From a virus, in IMG/VR virus record IMGVR_UViG_3300032315_000748: DNA of 64,000 bases; one strand, written 5' to 3'. Below, one piece after another: positions 19,281 to 28,533 of this stretch. A program made the position numbers and the translations under genes. The notes beneath the pieces were generated by a model. That model saw only the letters and a program-made list of their open reading frames with translations. It was not told the DNA's origin and did no database searches. Each line of letters starts with the position of its first letter. Position 1 is the first letter of the stretch.

Positions 19281-20656
19281 TGGAAAAAGTCGAAACTACT
19301 ATTTTAAGAAATTTACTTTTTAATAATGATTATTGTAGAAAAGTATTACCATTTATTAAAAATGAATATTTTGAAAACCTTCACGAAAAAGTAGTTTTTG
19401 AAGAGATTTGTAAATTTATTGTTGCTTATGATGGTCTTGCGACAAAAGAAGTTCTTTTAATTGAAACTGAAAAAAGAACTGATATTACAGAAGATACTTA
19501 TAAAACAATTTGTGAATATGTTTCTAATTTAGATAATACTCCTGCTGATACGAATTGGGTTACTGATACTACAGAAAAATGGTGTCGTGATAGAGCAATC
19601 TATCTTGCACTTATGGAAAGCATTAAAATTGCTGACGGGCAAGATGACAAGAAGAATAGAGATGCAATTCCAACTATTCTTCAAGAAGCACTTGCTATTT
19701 CTTTTGATGACCATATTGGCCATGATTATCTAAACGATTATGAGGACAGATTTGATTCTTATCACAGAAAAGAAGATAAAATTTCTTTTGATTTGGAATA
19801 TTTTAACAAAATTACCAAAGGTGGTATTCCCAATAAAACACTCAATATTGCTTTAGCTGGAACTGGTGTGGGAAAATCTCTGTTTATGTGTCATTTTGCT
19901 GCATCAGTTCTTCTTCAAGGAAAGAATGTTTTATACATTACACTTGAAATGGCAGAGGAAAAGATTGCTGAAAGAATTGACGCAAATCTTCTAAACATTA
20001 ATATTAAAGACATTGAAACATTACCTAAAATGATGTTTGACTCAAAAATAAATAGTATTGCGAAGAAGACTCAAGGAACTTTAATTATTAAAGAGTATCC
20101 AACTGCTTCCGCACACGCAGGACATTTCAGAGCACTTCTAAATGAACTTTCTCTTAAGAAATCATTCAGACCTGATATTATTTTTATTGACTACCTTAAT
20201 ATTTGTGGCTCCTCAAGATATAAGAGTAATTTTTCAGTTAATTCTTATTCATATATTAAAGCAATTGCAGAAGAACTTCGTGGTCTTGCAGTTGAAGCAA
20301 ATGTTCCAATTGTTTCCGCTACTCAAACTACTCGTAGTGGTTTTTCTAGCTCTGATCCTGATCTTACTGATACTTCTGAATCCTTTGGTCTCCCTGCTAC
20401 TGCTGATCTTATGTTTGCCCTTATTAGCACAGAAGAGTTGGAACAACTCGGGCAGATTATGGTAAAACAATTGAAGAATAGATACAATGACCCAACAATG
20501 AATAAAAGATTTGTAGTTGGTATTGACCGTGCGAAGATGAGATTATTTGATGTAGAGCAAAGTGCTCAAACCGATATACTTGACTCTGGACAAGAAGAAG
20601 AGTATACTTATGAAGAAGATAAACCCAAAAAACAATTCTCTGGATTTAAATTTTAA
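19280..20656 (+). CDS. gp41: Replicative helicase gp41
   Basis: AGTGVGKS, ITLEMAEE, IDYL, SATQTTR, KNRY. Confidence 0.97.
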   Translation: MEKVETTILRNLLFNNDYCRKVLPFIKNEYFENLHEKVVFEEICKFIVAYDGLATKEVLLIETEKRTDITEDTYKTICEYVSNLDNTPADTNWVTDTTEKWCRDRAIYLALMESIKIADGQDDKKNRDAIPTILQEALAISFDDHIGHDYLNDYEDRFDSYHRKEDKISFDLEYFNKITKGGIPNKTLNIALAGTGVGKSLFMCHFAASVLLQGKNVLYITLEMAEEKIAERIDANLLNINIKDIETLPKMMFDSKINSIAKKTQGTLIIKEYPTASAHAGHFRALLNELSLKKSFRPDIIFIDYLNICGSSRYKSNFSVNSYSYIKAIAEELRGLAVEANVPIVSATQTTRSGFSSSDPDLTDTSESFGLPATADLMFALISTEELEQLGQIMVKQLKNRYNDPTMNKRFVVGIDRAKMRLFDVEQSAQTDILDSGQEEEYTYEEDKPKKQFSGFKF

Positions 20657-21066
20657 TGACTAAAAAAATTGACTTTTCAAAATATCAAAATTTTGTAGAT
20701 GTAGTAACTTCTGATGCATCTAAAGACTTTCTTGCTCTTTCTGACCGTATGGTAGAACTTGATGAGAAGGGTGCTAATATTGAAAGACTTTTGACTGCTG
20801 GTGTTGGCATTAATGCCGAAGGTGGTGAATTTCTTGAGATTGTAAAGAAAATGCTATTTCAGGGAAAACCTTGGAATGACGAAACCCGTACTCACCTGAT
20901 TAAAGAACTTGGAGATACGATGTGGTATGTTGCCCAAGCTTGCATTGCTCTTGAAGTTTCTTTTGATGAAGTAATTCAAACCAATATTGACAAGCTAATG
21001 AAGCGTTATCCAGAAGGTTACTTTGATGCTTACTACAGCGAAAATCGTGAAGTGGGAGACATTTGA
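20656..21066 (+). CDS. mazG: MazG nucleotide pyrophosphohydrolase
   Basis: EGGEFLEIVKK...KELGDTMWY...NIDKLMKRYP. Confidence 0.92.
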   Translation: MTKKIDFSKYQNFVDVVTSDASKDFLALSDRMVELDEKGANIERLLTAGVGINAEGGEFLEIVKKMLFQGKPWNDETRTHLIKELGDTMWYVAQACIALEVSFDEVIQTNIDKLMKRYPEGYFDAYYSENREVGDI

Positions 21067-21230
21067 TGAATGCTTCAACTTGACCATATAATCATAGACA
21101 TTCTTCGGAATTGTGGGACATTACTGCTGAAATTCTTACAGAACTTTCCAGAAGGGATGGAGTTCGGTATCAAGTGAAAGCAACACCAGAATCTATAAAG
21201 AAAAAATTGGAGAATTTGAAGAACAAGTAA
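21066..21230 (+). pseudogene. Small ORF interrupted by in-frame TGA (or translated from a downstream TTG)
   Basis: ATG overlapping the mazG stop: MNAST*PYNHRHSSELWDITAEILTELSRRDGVRYQVKATPESIKKKLENLKNK*. Confidence 0.45.
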
Positions 21231-21241
21231 AATAATAATTT

Positions 21242-21280
21242 AATCCCCCCTCTTTCTAAATATAAGAAAGAGGGGGGATT
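21242..21280 (+). promoter_or_regulatory. Perfect 16-bp hairpin with late-promoter-like CTAAATA in the loop and the RBS in the 3' arm
   Basis: AATCCCCCCTCTTTCT-aaatata-AGAAAGAGGGGGGATT; ATG at 21287. Confidence 0.75.
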
Positions 21281-21286
21281 TCTTAT

Positions 21287-22354
21287 ATGGCAAATATCGT
21301 AAGACGTGTTCCTATAGATCCATATAAGGTTCAGGGATTGGTTGAAAAAATTGTAAGTAAAAAAGATAATTTGATTTACAAAAAAAATGAAACGATTTAT
21401 ATAATTCCCAAAGATTTAAATAACGGTCCATATATACACAAACTTATATACGAAAAATTAGTTTCTGAGTTTCCAATATCAGAATTTAAAGAATGGACTG
21501 ATGGAGATATAAAAAAAATAAGATCAGTTTCTAATGGAAAGGGTGGAGTTTATACTCAATGCCCCAAGAAAAAAAATCCATCTGTGTTGGGTGCTGGTAG
21601 AGCATATGAATTATATTTTTACTCTGTTATAATGGATGGATTGGTAGATATTAAAGATTTGAGGAAAAAATGGCAAGATATTCCCAATTCAATATTTAAT
21701 ATGTACAATAACTTAACTGTAGTCGTAACATCTAAATCTAAACGTTTTCCTATTGGTCCAATCATATCAGTTGATGATGTAGCAGGAAAAAATGAAAAAT
21801 CAGACATAACAATAACTACTTTGCCCAAAAACGGAAAAAATAAATTTAAAATATCTCTAAAACAATCTAATTTTTTCTCTTGGGGAAGTGCCGGAACTTT
21901 TAATGAAAAACATTCCGCTAGAGCCAAAAAAATATTATTGCAAGCAATTTCTCAAGAAATAGTATCATTAGACACTAATGATGAAAATAGAGTAATATTC
22001 CCATCTGGAATGATGGGTTTGAGATGTCCCGCTACAGATGATGAAATTAATTATTATTGCTTTGGAAGTGGCGACAATACTGCGGATTATATAATTATAA
22101 ATGCTAAAGGGGCAAAATATGATAATCCACAATTAATACATATGGAAGCAGAAAGGGTATATAAAAGAGGCAAGCAATCTGATTTAAATGAACTTCGTTC
22201 TGATGTTTATTTGGTAGTATATGAAAGTAAATCAAATTCTACTGCTTTGAGTCCATATAAAAATTTATCAGTTCAATTTGTCAATAAAAAACACGCTTAT
22301 AATGGAGATATTAAAACTAAGAAAAAATACATACCAATTGATTTTAAAGATTGA
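21287..22354 (+). CDS. Hypothetical protein, putative PD-(D/E)xK nuclease fold
   Basis: GRAYE...KSDITI...KISLKQ motif spacing. Confidence 0.55.
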   Translation: MANIVRRVPIDPYKVQGLVEKIVSKKDNLIYKKNETIYIIPKDLNNGPYIHKLIYEKLVSEFPISEFKEWTDGDIKKIRSVSNGKGGVYTQCPKKKNPSVLGAGRAYELYFYSVIMDGLVDIKDLRKKWQDIPNSIFNMYNNLTVVVTSKSKRFPIGPIISVDDVAGKNEKSDITITTLPKNGKNKFKISLKQSNFFSWGSAGTFNEKHSARAKKILLQAISQEIVSLDTNDENRVIFPSGMMGLRCPATDDEINYYCFGSGDNTADYIIINAKGAKYDNPQLIHMEAERVYKRGKQSDLNELRSDVYLVVYESKSNSTALSPYKNLSVQFVNKKHAYNGDIKTKKKYIPIDFKD

Positions 22355-22378
22355 ATAAATAATTAAAAACCAATATAA

Positions 22379-23572
22379 ATGAAGACTTTTGTCCAGTTCA
22401 TAATAGAAGCACGAACTACTGCCGCATCCACGGAAGCAAAAAATCGTGGTCTTAAAAGTGATGCCCACGGAGATTATTACGATAATCAAGGAAATCTTGT
22501 AGCAAAGACTGTTGGAGGAAAGTTGCAGTATTTTGGTCAAGGTGGTGCCGGAGCACAACAGCAGCAACAAACACAACAAAAGACTTCACAGACCGCACCA
22601 CAACAAACTGCGCCACAGCAGACTCAAACTGCACCACAGGAAGAGCAACAAGAACCAAATGGTGCAGTAATTGTATTGGGAAGATTCAATCCGCCATCCA
22701 AAAATCACGAAGCACTTTTGAGAGCAGGATATTCGCAAGCAAATAGAAGAAAATTTGAATATCGCATATACCCAAGTCGTATTCAGGATGATGCTACAAA
22801 TCCATTGAATGTAAGACTTAAAGTTTCTTATATGCAATCAATGTATCCACAATATGCAGAATATATTGTGGATAGTGATAAAATGAAAACAATATTTGAT
22901 GTTCTTGAATCTTTATATGGTGATGGATATACCGATGTAGTTATTGTGGTTGGACAAGATAGACTTGGAGAGTTTCAAAGTTTGGCACATAAAGGCGAAG
23001 GAGAAGCATATCAATTCAATACCATTCAGGTAATTTCTGCTGGTGTGAAAGATCCAGATAGTGATGTTGGAGGTGCTGGTTCTTCTGCGATGATGAGAAC
23101 TGCTGCTGCTATGGGAGACTTTGAAAAGTTTTCAAGTGGCCTTCCCGCTACTATGAAGATTAGTGAAAGAAAAGAAATGTTTAATACTATAAAAAGGTCT
23201 ATGAAGGTAAATGAAAATACTGAATTATGGAAAATAGCGCCTGAACTTGATTATAATGGAATGAGATGGAACTATAAGAAAAATGGATTATTTGAGGTGG
23301 GAGCATTCGTTGAAAATTTAAATACTGGATTAATTGGAAGAATACTTCGCAAGGGGTCAAATCATCTTATCTGTGTAACGGAAGATGGAGTAATGTTTAA
23401 GAGTTGGTTAAGAGATTTGAGAGAAGTTCAAGAGATTGGGACTTGTGATTATAGAGCACACGCACAATCAATAACACCCGGACAACCTGTTGTTTCTTAT
23501 ACAGATACTGAAGTTAAAATAACAATGCCAAAGAAAAAGATAAATACTAAAAGAAATAGTGCGCTTAAGTAA
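22379..23572 (+). CDS. Cytidylyltransferase/nucleotidyltransferase-like virion protein
   Basis: GRFNPPSKNH (degenerate HIGH), NPL, VVGQDR, VISAG, SSAMMR; MKTFVQFIIEA N-terminus; Q/T/A/P linker. Confidence 0.75.
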   Translation: MKTFVQFIIEARTTAASTEAKNRGLKSDAHGDYYDNQGNLVAKTVGGKLQYFGQGGAGAQQQQQTQQKTSQTAPQQTAPQQTQTAPQEEQQEPNGAVIVLGRFNPPSKNHEALLRAGYSQANRRKFEYRIYPSRIQDDATNPLNVRLKVSYMQSMYPQYAEYIVDSDKMKTIFDVLESLYGDGYTDVVIVVGQDRLGEFQSLAHKGEGEAYQFNTIQVISAGVKDPDSDVGGAGSSAMMRTAAAMGDFEKFSSGLPATMKISERKEMFNTIKRSMKVNENTELWKIAPELDYNGMRWNYKKNGLFEVGAFVENLNTGLIGRILRKGSNHLICVTEDGVMFKSWLRDLREVQEIGTCDYRAHAQSITPGQPVVSYTDTEVKITMPKKKINTKRNSALK

Positions 23573-23576
23573 AAAA

Positions 23577-25418
23577 ATGAAGACTTGGAAAGAAATCATT
23601 ACAGAAGCAGAATCAAGAATACAGAAACAACGTAGAATTGAAGTAGAGAAACTTGCCGATACAGATCCAGATTTTGAAGGAAGTAAAAGACTTCAAAGTA
23701 AAGGAAACAGAACAAAATATATAGAAAAAAAGAAATCTGACTATCAAGATTATTTGGACAGACAACTTGCATTTAAAACGCAAAAATATGAAGACCAAAA
23801 GAAAGCACAAATTGAAAGATTAAGAAAAAAAGGAGTAGAGGGACACGCAGCAGCAGCAAAAGCATCTCTTTCTGGTATTAAAACTCAACAGATTAGTAGT
23901 GATGATAAAGAAGGAACTGCATATTCCAAAGCAATGGGAAATGTAGGGTCTGCTGCTGCTGGCGTTGCTGGTGCGGCTATTCATGGTGTAAAGTTGTTGG
24001 CTGCGAAAAGAAAAGCAGAAGCAGCAGCAAAGGCAGCAAAAGAAGCACAACCAGAAAAGAAAGAGCCAGGAGCACCTGGAAGACCACCACGAGCAAAAAC
24101 AACTACACCAGCATCTACACCAAAAACTACTACATCAACCGCACTAGCAACTAGACCTGCTCCTCCTATGGCGGCCAATAAAAGAAAAATGCTTCCTGCT
24201 TCAAGTCAAGGCGGAACAAGAGTAGGGCAACCAGCACCACGACCCGCTTTGCCTGGGCAAGGTATGAACCAGAAAAAACTTTCTTCCGCAAAAACAATTG
24301 GACAACCAGCACCCCAAAGACCTGCTCTTCCTATGGCAGTTGATAAAAGAAAGATGCTTCCTGCCTCAAGTCAAGGTGGAACAAGAGTAGGACAATCTGC
24401 TACTGGAACAAGACCACAACTTCCAGGAAGTCAAAAGAGAAAGGCAATTCAAGCAGGAACTTATAAACCAATCAAATCTGTCAATGAAAAATATTCCAAT
24501 TGGAGGGAAGAGTTTTTGTTTGAAATTGATGATTTTGGATTAAAAGATAACAAAAAAGAAAAAGGAGAGAAAAAGATTATTGACGTGATGAAAGGAAAGA
24601 ATAAGATTGATATTAATCCAAATGAAACTTCGGTTAAAGAAGAGGTGTCTGGTGTGGATACTCAACAAAATCCAAATCAAGCAAATGATTTAGAAAAAAA
24701 ACAAAAAGCAATACAAAGACAAATCTTATTGAAAAAAATACAGTCATTATCTGTTCCTGGTCCAACTGATATTACTGCATCTTATGACCCAAGAATTGAA
24801 GAGGCATATAAAGACGAAGAAGGCGGAATGTCCCGCAATGAACTTTCTACTGTGGAAAGAGCAATCAAATCTCTTCGTAAAAAAATAAAGTCTAATAATC
24901 AACAGTTGCCTGCTTGGGTCCAATCTAAAATCACAAAAGCAGCAGACTATATTGATACTGCTGCAGATTATATGTCAGGTGAAACTGAACAAGTTAAAGA
25001 AGCATATGATGATGACAATGAAACTTTCCGTCAGCATTCTCGTGAGAGATTTACTGCTGGTCCTGCTGATGATGATAGAGCACAAAGAACTTCTAGAATT
25101 CTTCAAAGAATGAAAGAAATGAATAAAGATGCTGAACCAAAGAAAAAGAAAAAGAAAAAAAAAATTAAACTAGAAGAAGAAGGTCCAGTATTATCTGTTG
25201 GAAGAGGTGAAAAACTTTCAGTAGAAAGGGGTGGAGGACTTACTCAAAAAGGTAGGGATAAATACAATCGTGCTACTGGTTCAAATCTTCAAGCACCAGT
25301 TACTGGTGATGTAAAACCAGGAAGTAAAGCAGCACAACGCCGTAAGAATTTCTGTTCTCGTAGTAGAAGTTGGAAGGGTGAAAGAGGTTTAGCAGCAAGA
25401 AGACGTTGGAAGTGTTAG
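23577..25418 (+). CDS. Large mosaic putative internal virion protein
   Basis: MKTWKEIITEA start; low-complexity repeats; LPAWVQSKITKAADYIDTAADYM module; basic C-terminal GGLTQKGR...RRKNFCSR...RRWKC module. Confidence 0.7.
   Translation: MKTWKEIITEAESRIQKQRRIEVEKLADTDPDFEGSKRLQSKGNRTKYIEKKKSDYQDYLDRQLAFKTQKYEDQKKAQIERLRKKGVEGHAAAAKASLSGIKTQQISSDDKEGTAYSKAMGNVGSAAAGVAGAAIHGVKLLAAKRKAEAAAKAAKEAQPEKKEPGAPGRPPRAKTTTPASTPKTTTSTALATRPAPPMAANKRKMLPASSQGGTRVGQPAPRPALPGQGMNQKKLSSAKTIGQPAPQRPALPMAVDKRKMLPASSQGGTRVGQSATGTRPQLPGSQKRKAIQAGTYKPIKSVNEKYSNWREEFLFEIDDFGLKDNKKEKGEKKIIDVMKGKNKIDINPNETSVKEEVSGVDTQQNPNQANDLEKKQKAIQRQILLKKIQSLSVPGPTDITASYDPRIEEAYKDEEGGMSRNELSTVERAIKSLRKKIKSNNQQLPAWVQSKITKAADYIDTAADYMSGETEQVKEAYDDDNETFRQHSRERFTAGPADDDRAQRTSRILQRMKEMNKDAEPKKKKKKKKIKLEEEGPVLSVGRGEKLSVERGGGLTQKGRDKYNRATGSNLQAPVTGDVKPGSKAAQRRKNFCSRSRSWKGERGLAARRRWKC
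24153..24395 (+). repeat. Intragenic direct repeat (about 78 nt, period 165 nt)
   Basis: RPAxPMAxxKRKMLPASSQGGTRVGQ encoded twice (24153 and 24318). Confidence 0.9.
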
Positions 25419-25419
25419 T

Positions 25420-26418
25420 ATGTCCCAAGAATTGAATGATTTCTTTAAATTATTAGCAGAGGATAAAAAACAGAAAAAAGAAGAATTCAATTCCATAGTG
25501 GGAGACTTGGGATTGAATTCTCTTTTTGGTGAATTTGCTGCGATTAAAAAAGAACAAAAAGAAAAGAAAATAGAAGAGAAGAGAGAACAAGAGTCTATTG
25601 TTGGTGAAATTAGTTTAGATTCTATTTTTGAAGAAGTTACTAATTTAAAGAAAGAAACTAAAAAGAAAAAAGTACAAGAACAAAAGACCGTAAAGGCATT
25701 TGAGAAGTGGTTGTATTCAGAGACACCCAAAGAACAAGAACAGATTATTGATGATGTAATTGAAGAATCTTTGGATGAAGTTCTTGAAGTTCTTGAAGAG
25801 CATAAAGAAGAACTAAAAGAACCAACACTTATTGAAAGATCATTGGGACTTCTTGCCGAACCTTCAAATGTTAAAGTTCAACAAGATCCAATTACCCCAT
25901 TAGATCAAAAGTTCGCAACACTTGATGACTTACATAAGCATTACAGTACTTTCCTTTCTCGTATTCAACAACAACTCTCCACATTAGGTGGTGGTGGAGA
26001 AACTCGTCTAAGATACTTAGATGATGTCGTAGGTATTGCAACAAATTCTGGTGCTTATAATAATAAATTTTTACAATGGAATTCTACAACGAATAAAGCA
26101 GAGTTTGTTGACCCAAATGATGTTGGTGGAACAACAATAGTCAATATTAGTGGAACTACTAACTACTATCAGGCATCAAATGTTGATGATTATATTGGTG
26201 TAAATGCAAATGTTCCAGTAACAATAGTCCTTCCAACATCTCCAAATACTGGCAAAAAACTTATCGTAAAAGACGAGGGTAATAAGATTGCTACATACAA
26301 TATAACAGTCCAGGCAGGTGCTGGAACAAGTGTAGAGAATGATAGTTCAGTTATTATGACTATCAATCATCAAAGTTTTACTTATTTTTACAATGGTTCT
26401 AATTGGTTCTTAATCTAA
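25420..26418 (+). CDS. Putative virion structural protein
   Basis: Coiled-coil N-half, GGGGETRLRYLDDV linker, fibre-like C-terminal VTIVLP...IVKDE...NWFLI domain. Confidence 0.65.
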   Translation: MSQELNDFFKLLAEDKKQKKEEFNSIVGDLGLNSLFGEFAAIKKEQKEKKIEEKREQESIVGEISLDSIFEEVTNLKKETKKKKVQEQKTVKAFEKWLYSETPKEQEQIIDDVIEESLDEVLEVLEEHKEELKEPTLIERSLGLLAEPSNVKVQQDPITPLDQKFATLDDLHKHYSTFLSRIQQQLSTLGGGGETRLRYLDDVVGIATNSGAYNNKFLQWNSTTNKAEFVDPNDVGGTTIVNISGTTNYYQASNVDDYIGVNANVPVTIVLPTSPNTGKKLIVKDEGNKIATYNITVQAGAGTSVENDSSVIMTINHQSFTYFYNGSNWFLI

Positions 26419-26419
26419 T

Positions 26420-28129
26420 ATGTCTTATAATCCTCTTCCCCAACCAGCACAATCCGTAGTTCTTACAGGTGCTGGAACATCATTAGTTACTTATGCTAAT
26501 CCATTTCCAGTATCTCTTGGAAGTTCAAGTATTACAATTAATGGAAGCATTACAATTCCAACAACTGTAAGTGTTGCAAGTTCTCCTGCAAATCCAGTTC
26601 ATACTCATATTACTCAAATTGGTTCAAGTGGTCTTTTGGAAGATGAAAGTATTCCTTATATGCCCGTTGGCATTGGAACTAATAATTTAAATCTTACATA
26701 TCTTCCAGTTGGTATTTCCACATTACTGAATACTGTATCAATCTCCAATACAAGTTTTTATATCCTAAATCCAGTTACAACAGTCGCAGTATCAGGTATT
26801 GGTTCTACTGTTACAGTTCAAGGAACAGTAGGAATTGGAACAACGGGGCAAGTATCAATCAACCTCAACAATTCACCAGTCAGCACCACAAATCCATTTC
26901 CGGTTACAGGAACTGTTGATATTGAATTACCACCAATAGCAACTGATGCATTTGGTCGTTTAAGAACTTCAACTCCACTCACACTTTTTGATAGTTCCCA
27001 CAGATACAGGGACAATAATCTTTGGAGTAGTTTAGTTGTAGGAACTGGTTCTACAGTTGGATTTGTAACAACACAAGGTTTAATCAATATTGGTATAGGA
27101 ACTACTGCTGGATGTTCTGTGATTAGGGAAACCACAAAAGTATTCTCTTATCAACCAGGAAAATCATTACAGGTATTGAATACATTTATAATGAACCCAG
27201 CAAAAGCAAATCTTCGTCAAAGAGTAGGATACTTTGGTGCAGATAATGGAATGTATCTGGAACTTGATGGAAGCACTTTATATTTTGTGGAAAGAAGTTT
27301 ATCTACTGGAACAACAACAAGAGTTGCACAAAACAACTGGAATATTGATACGATGCTTGGTGCAGGGCATCTCAATCCATCTGGTGTTACATTAGATATT
27401 TCCAAAGCACAAATTTTGTGGATGGATATTGAATGGTTGGGACTTGGAACAGTTAGATTGGGTTTTGTAGTTGATGGGAAGTTTATTCACTGCCATTCAT
27501 TCCATCACGCAAACTTAATTGAATCAACTTATATTACAACGGCATCATTACCAGTTAGATATGAGATTGCAAATACTGGAATTACAACAAGTTCAAGCAC
27601 ACTGAAACAAGTTTGTTCTAGTGTAATTTCAGAGGGTGGTTATGAACTTCGTGGAATACAGCAGGCAGTTGGTATACCAATCAATTCTCCAAGAACATTA
27701 GGAACTGCGGGAACATTTTATCCTGTAATATCTTTGCGTCTCAAAGCATCACCAAATCGTTTGGATGCTATTGTAATTCTCACGGCACTTTCTATAATGC
27801 CAATTAGCACTGGTAATTTTAATTGGCAGGTTATAGCATCTGAAACTACTACTGGTGGTGCTTGGGTAAGTGCTGGTACTGATAGTGCTGTTGAATATAA
27901 TATTACTGGAACTTCTGCTGCTGGGGGAAGAATACTAGCAAGTGGATTTTTTAATGCATCAAATCAAGGAGCAAGTCAAGTTGATATTCTGAAAGAAGCA
28001 TTATTTAAGTTTCAGTTAGAAAGAAATGGATTAACTTCAACTCCTTATGAACTTACACTTGTGGTTGCTTCTGATAGTAGTAATGATACTGTTGTTGCTT
28101 CTTTGGACTGGGAAGAGATTAGTAGGTAA
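26420..28129 (+). CDS. Putative virion structural protein
   Basis: T/G/V-rich repeats (VGIGT); DAFGRLRTSTPLTLFDSSHRY...YQPGKS...DIEWLGLGTVR domain. Confidence 0.7.
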   Translation: MSYNPLPQPAQSVVLTGAGTSLVTYANPFPVSLGSSSITINGSITIPTTVSVASSPANPVHTHITQIGSSGLLEDESIPYMPVGIGTNNLNLTYLPVGISTLLNTVSISNTSFYILNPVTTVAVSGIGSTVTVQGTVGIGTTGQVSINLNNSPVSTTNPFPVTGTVDIELPPIATDAFGRLRTSTPLTLFDSSHRYRDNNLWSSLVVGTGSTVGFVTTQGLINIGIGTTAGCSVIRETTKVFSYQPGKSLQVLNTFIMNPAKANLRQRVGYFGADNGMYLELDGSTLYFVERSLSTGTTTRVAQNNWNIDTMLGAGHLNPSGVTLDISKAQILWMDIEWLGLGTVRLGFVVDGKFIHCHSFHHANLIESTYITTASLPVRYEIANTGITTSSSTLKQVCSSVISEGGYELRGIQQAVGIPINSPRTLGTAGTFYPVISLRLKASPNRLDAIVILTALSIMPISTGNFNWQVIASETTTGGAWVSAGTDSAVEYNITGTSAAGGRILASGFFNASNQGASQVDILKEALFKFQLERNGLTSTPYELTLVVASDSSNDTVVASLDWEEISR

Positions 28130-28134
28130 TTTTT

Positions 28135-28224
28135 ATGAGTGATAATATCTACTTAGGTAATCCACTTTTAAAAAAAGCAAATACACCTATACAATTTTTA
28201 CTGGATTATATTGAGAACTTATAA
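28135..28224 (+). pseudogene. 5' remnant of terminase large subunit gp17
   Basis: MSDNIYLGNPLLKKANTPIQF resembles the cyanophage gp17 N-terminus (YLGNPxLKKAN), then diverges and stops at codon 30. Confidence 0.75.
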
Positions 28225-28264
28225 TAAATAAATAATATAGGATCATTCATTACACGAGGTTATT

Positions 28265-28444
28265 ATGTCAGCACTTATCGCATGGGCATTTGCTAATCAA
28301 GCACTCATCGCAACTGTACTTTTTGCAGTTTCAGAAGCACTTGGAGCAAACCCAAAAATCAAAGCAAACGGTCTTCTTTCGCTCATTCTTTTGCAAGTCC
28401 AAGGACAACTAAAAGCAAAGGGTGGTAAAGATTTAACACCTTGA
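28265..28444 (+). CDS. Small membrane protein (59 aa, not in ORF track)
   Basis: MSALIAWAFANQALIATVLFAVSEALGANPKIKANGLLSLILLQ...; GAGG RBS; ATAAATA upstream. Confidence 0.75.
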   Translation: MSALIAWAFANQALIATVLFAVSEALGANPKIKANGLLSLILLQVQGQLKAKGGKDLTP

Positions 28445-28465
28445 ATATAAATCAAATAAATTACT

Positions 28466-28507
28466 AAATGGAGACTTAATTTATAGGTCTCCATTTTTTT
28501 ATAAATA
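28466..28507 (+). terminator. Terminator fused to a late promoter
   Basis: AAATGGAGAC...GTCTCCATTT plus T run, then TATAAATA at 28500. Confidence 0.8.
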
Positions 28508-28533
28508 AAAATAGGAAACTTACGGAAAAAAGA

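Noticed and set aside
22555-22650. Short tandem repeats considered as CRISPR-like or VNTR
   Set aside because: They encode an in-frame Q/T/A/P linker; I saw no repeat-spacer array anywhere in the window
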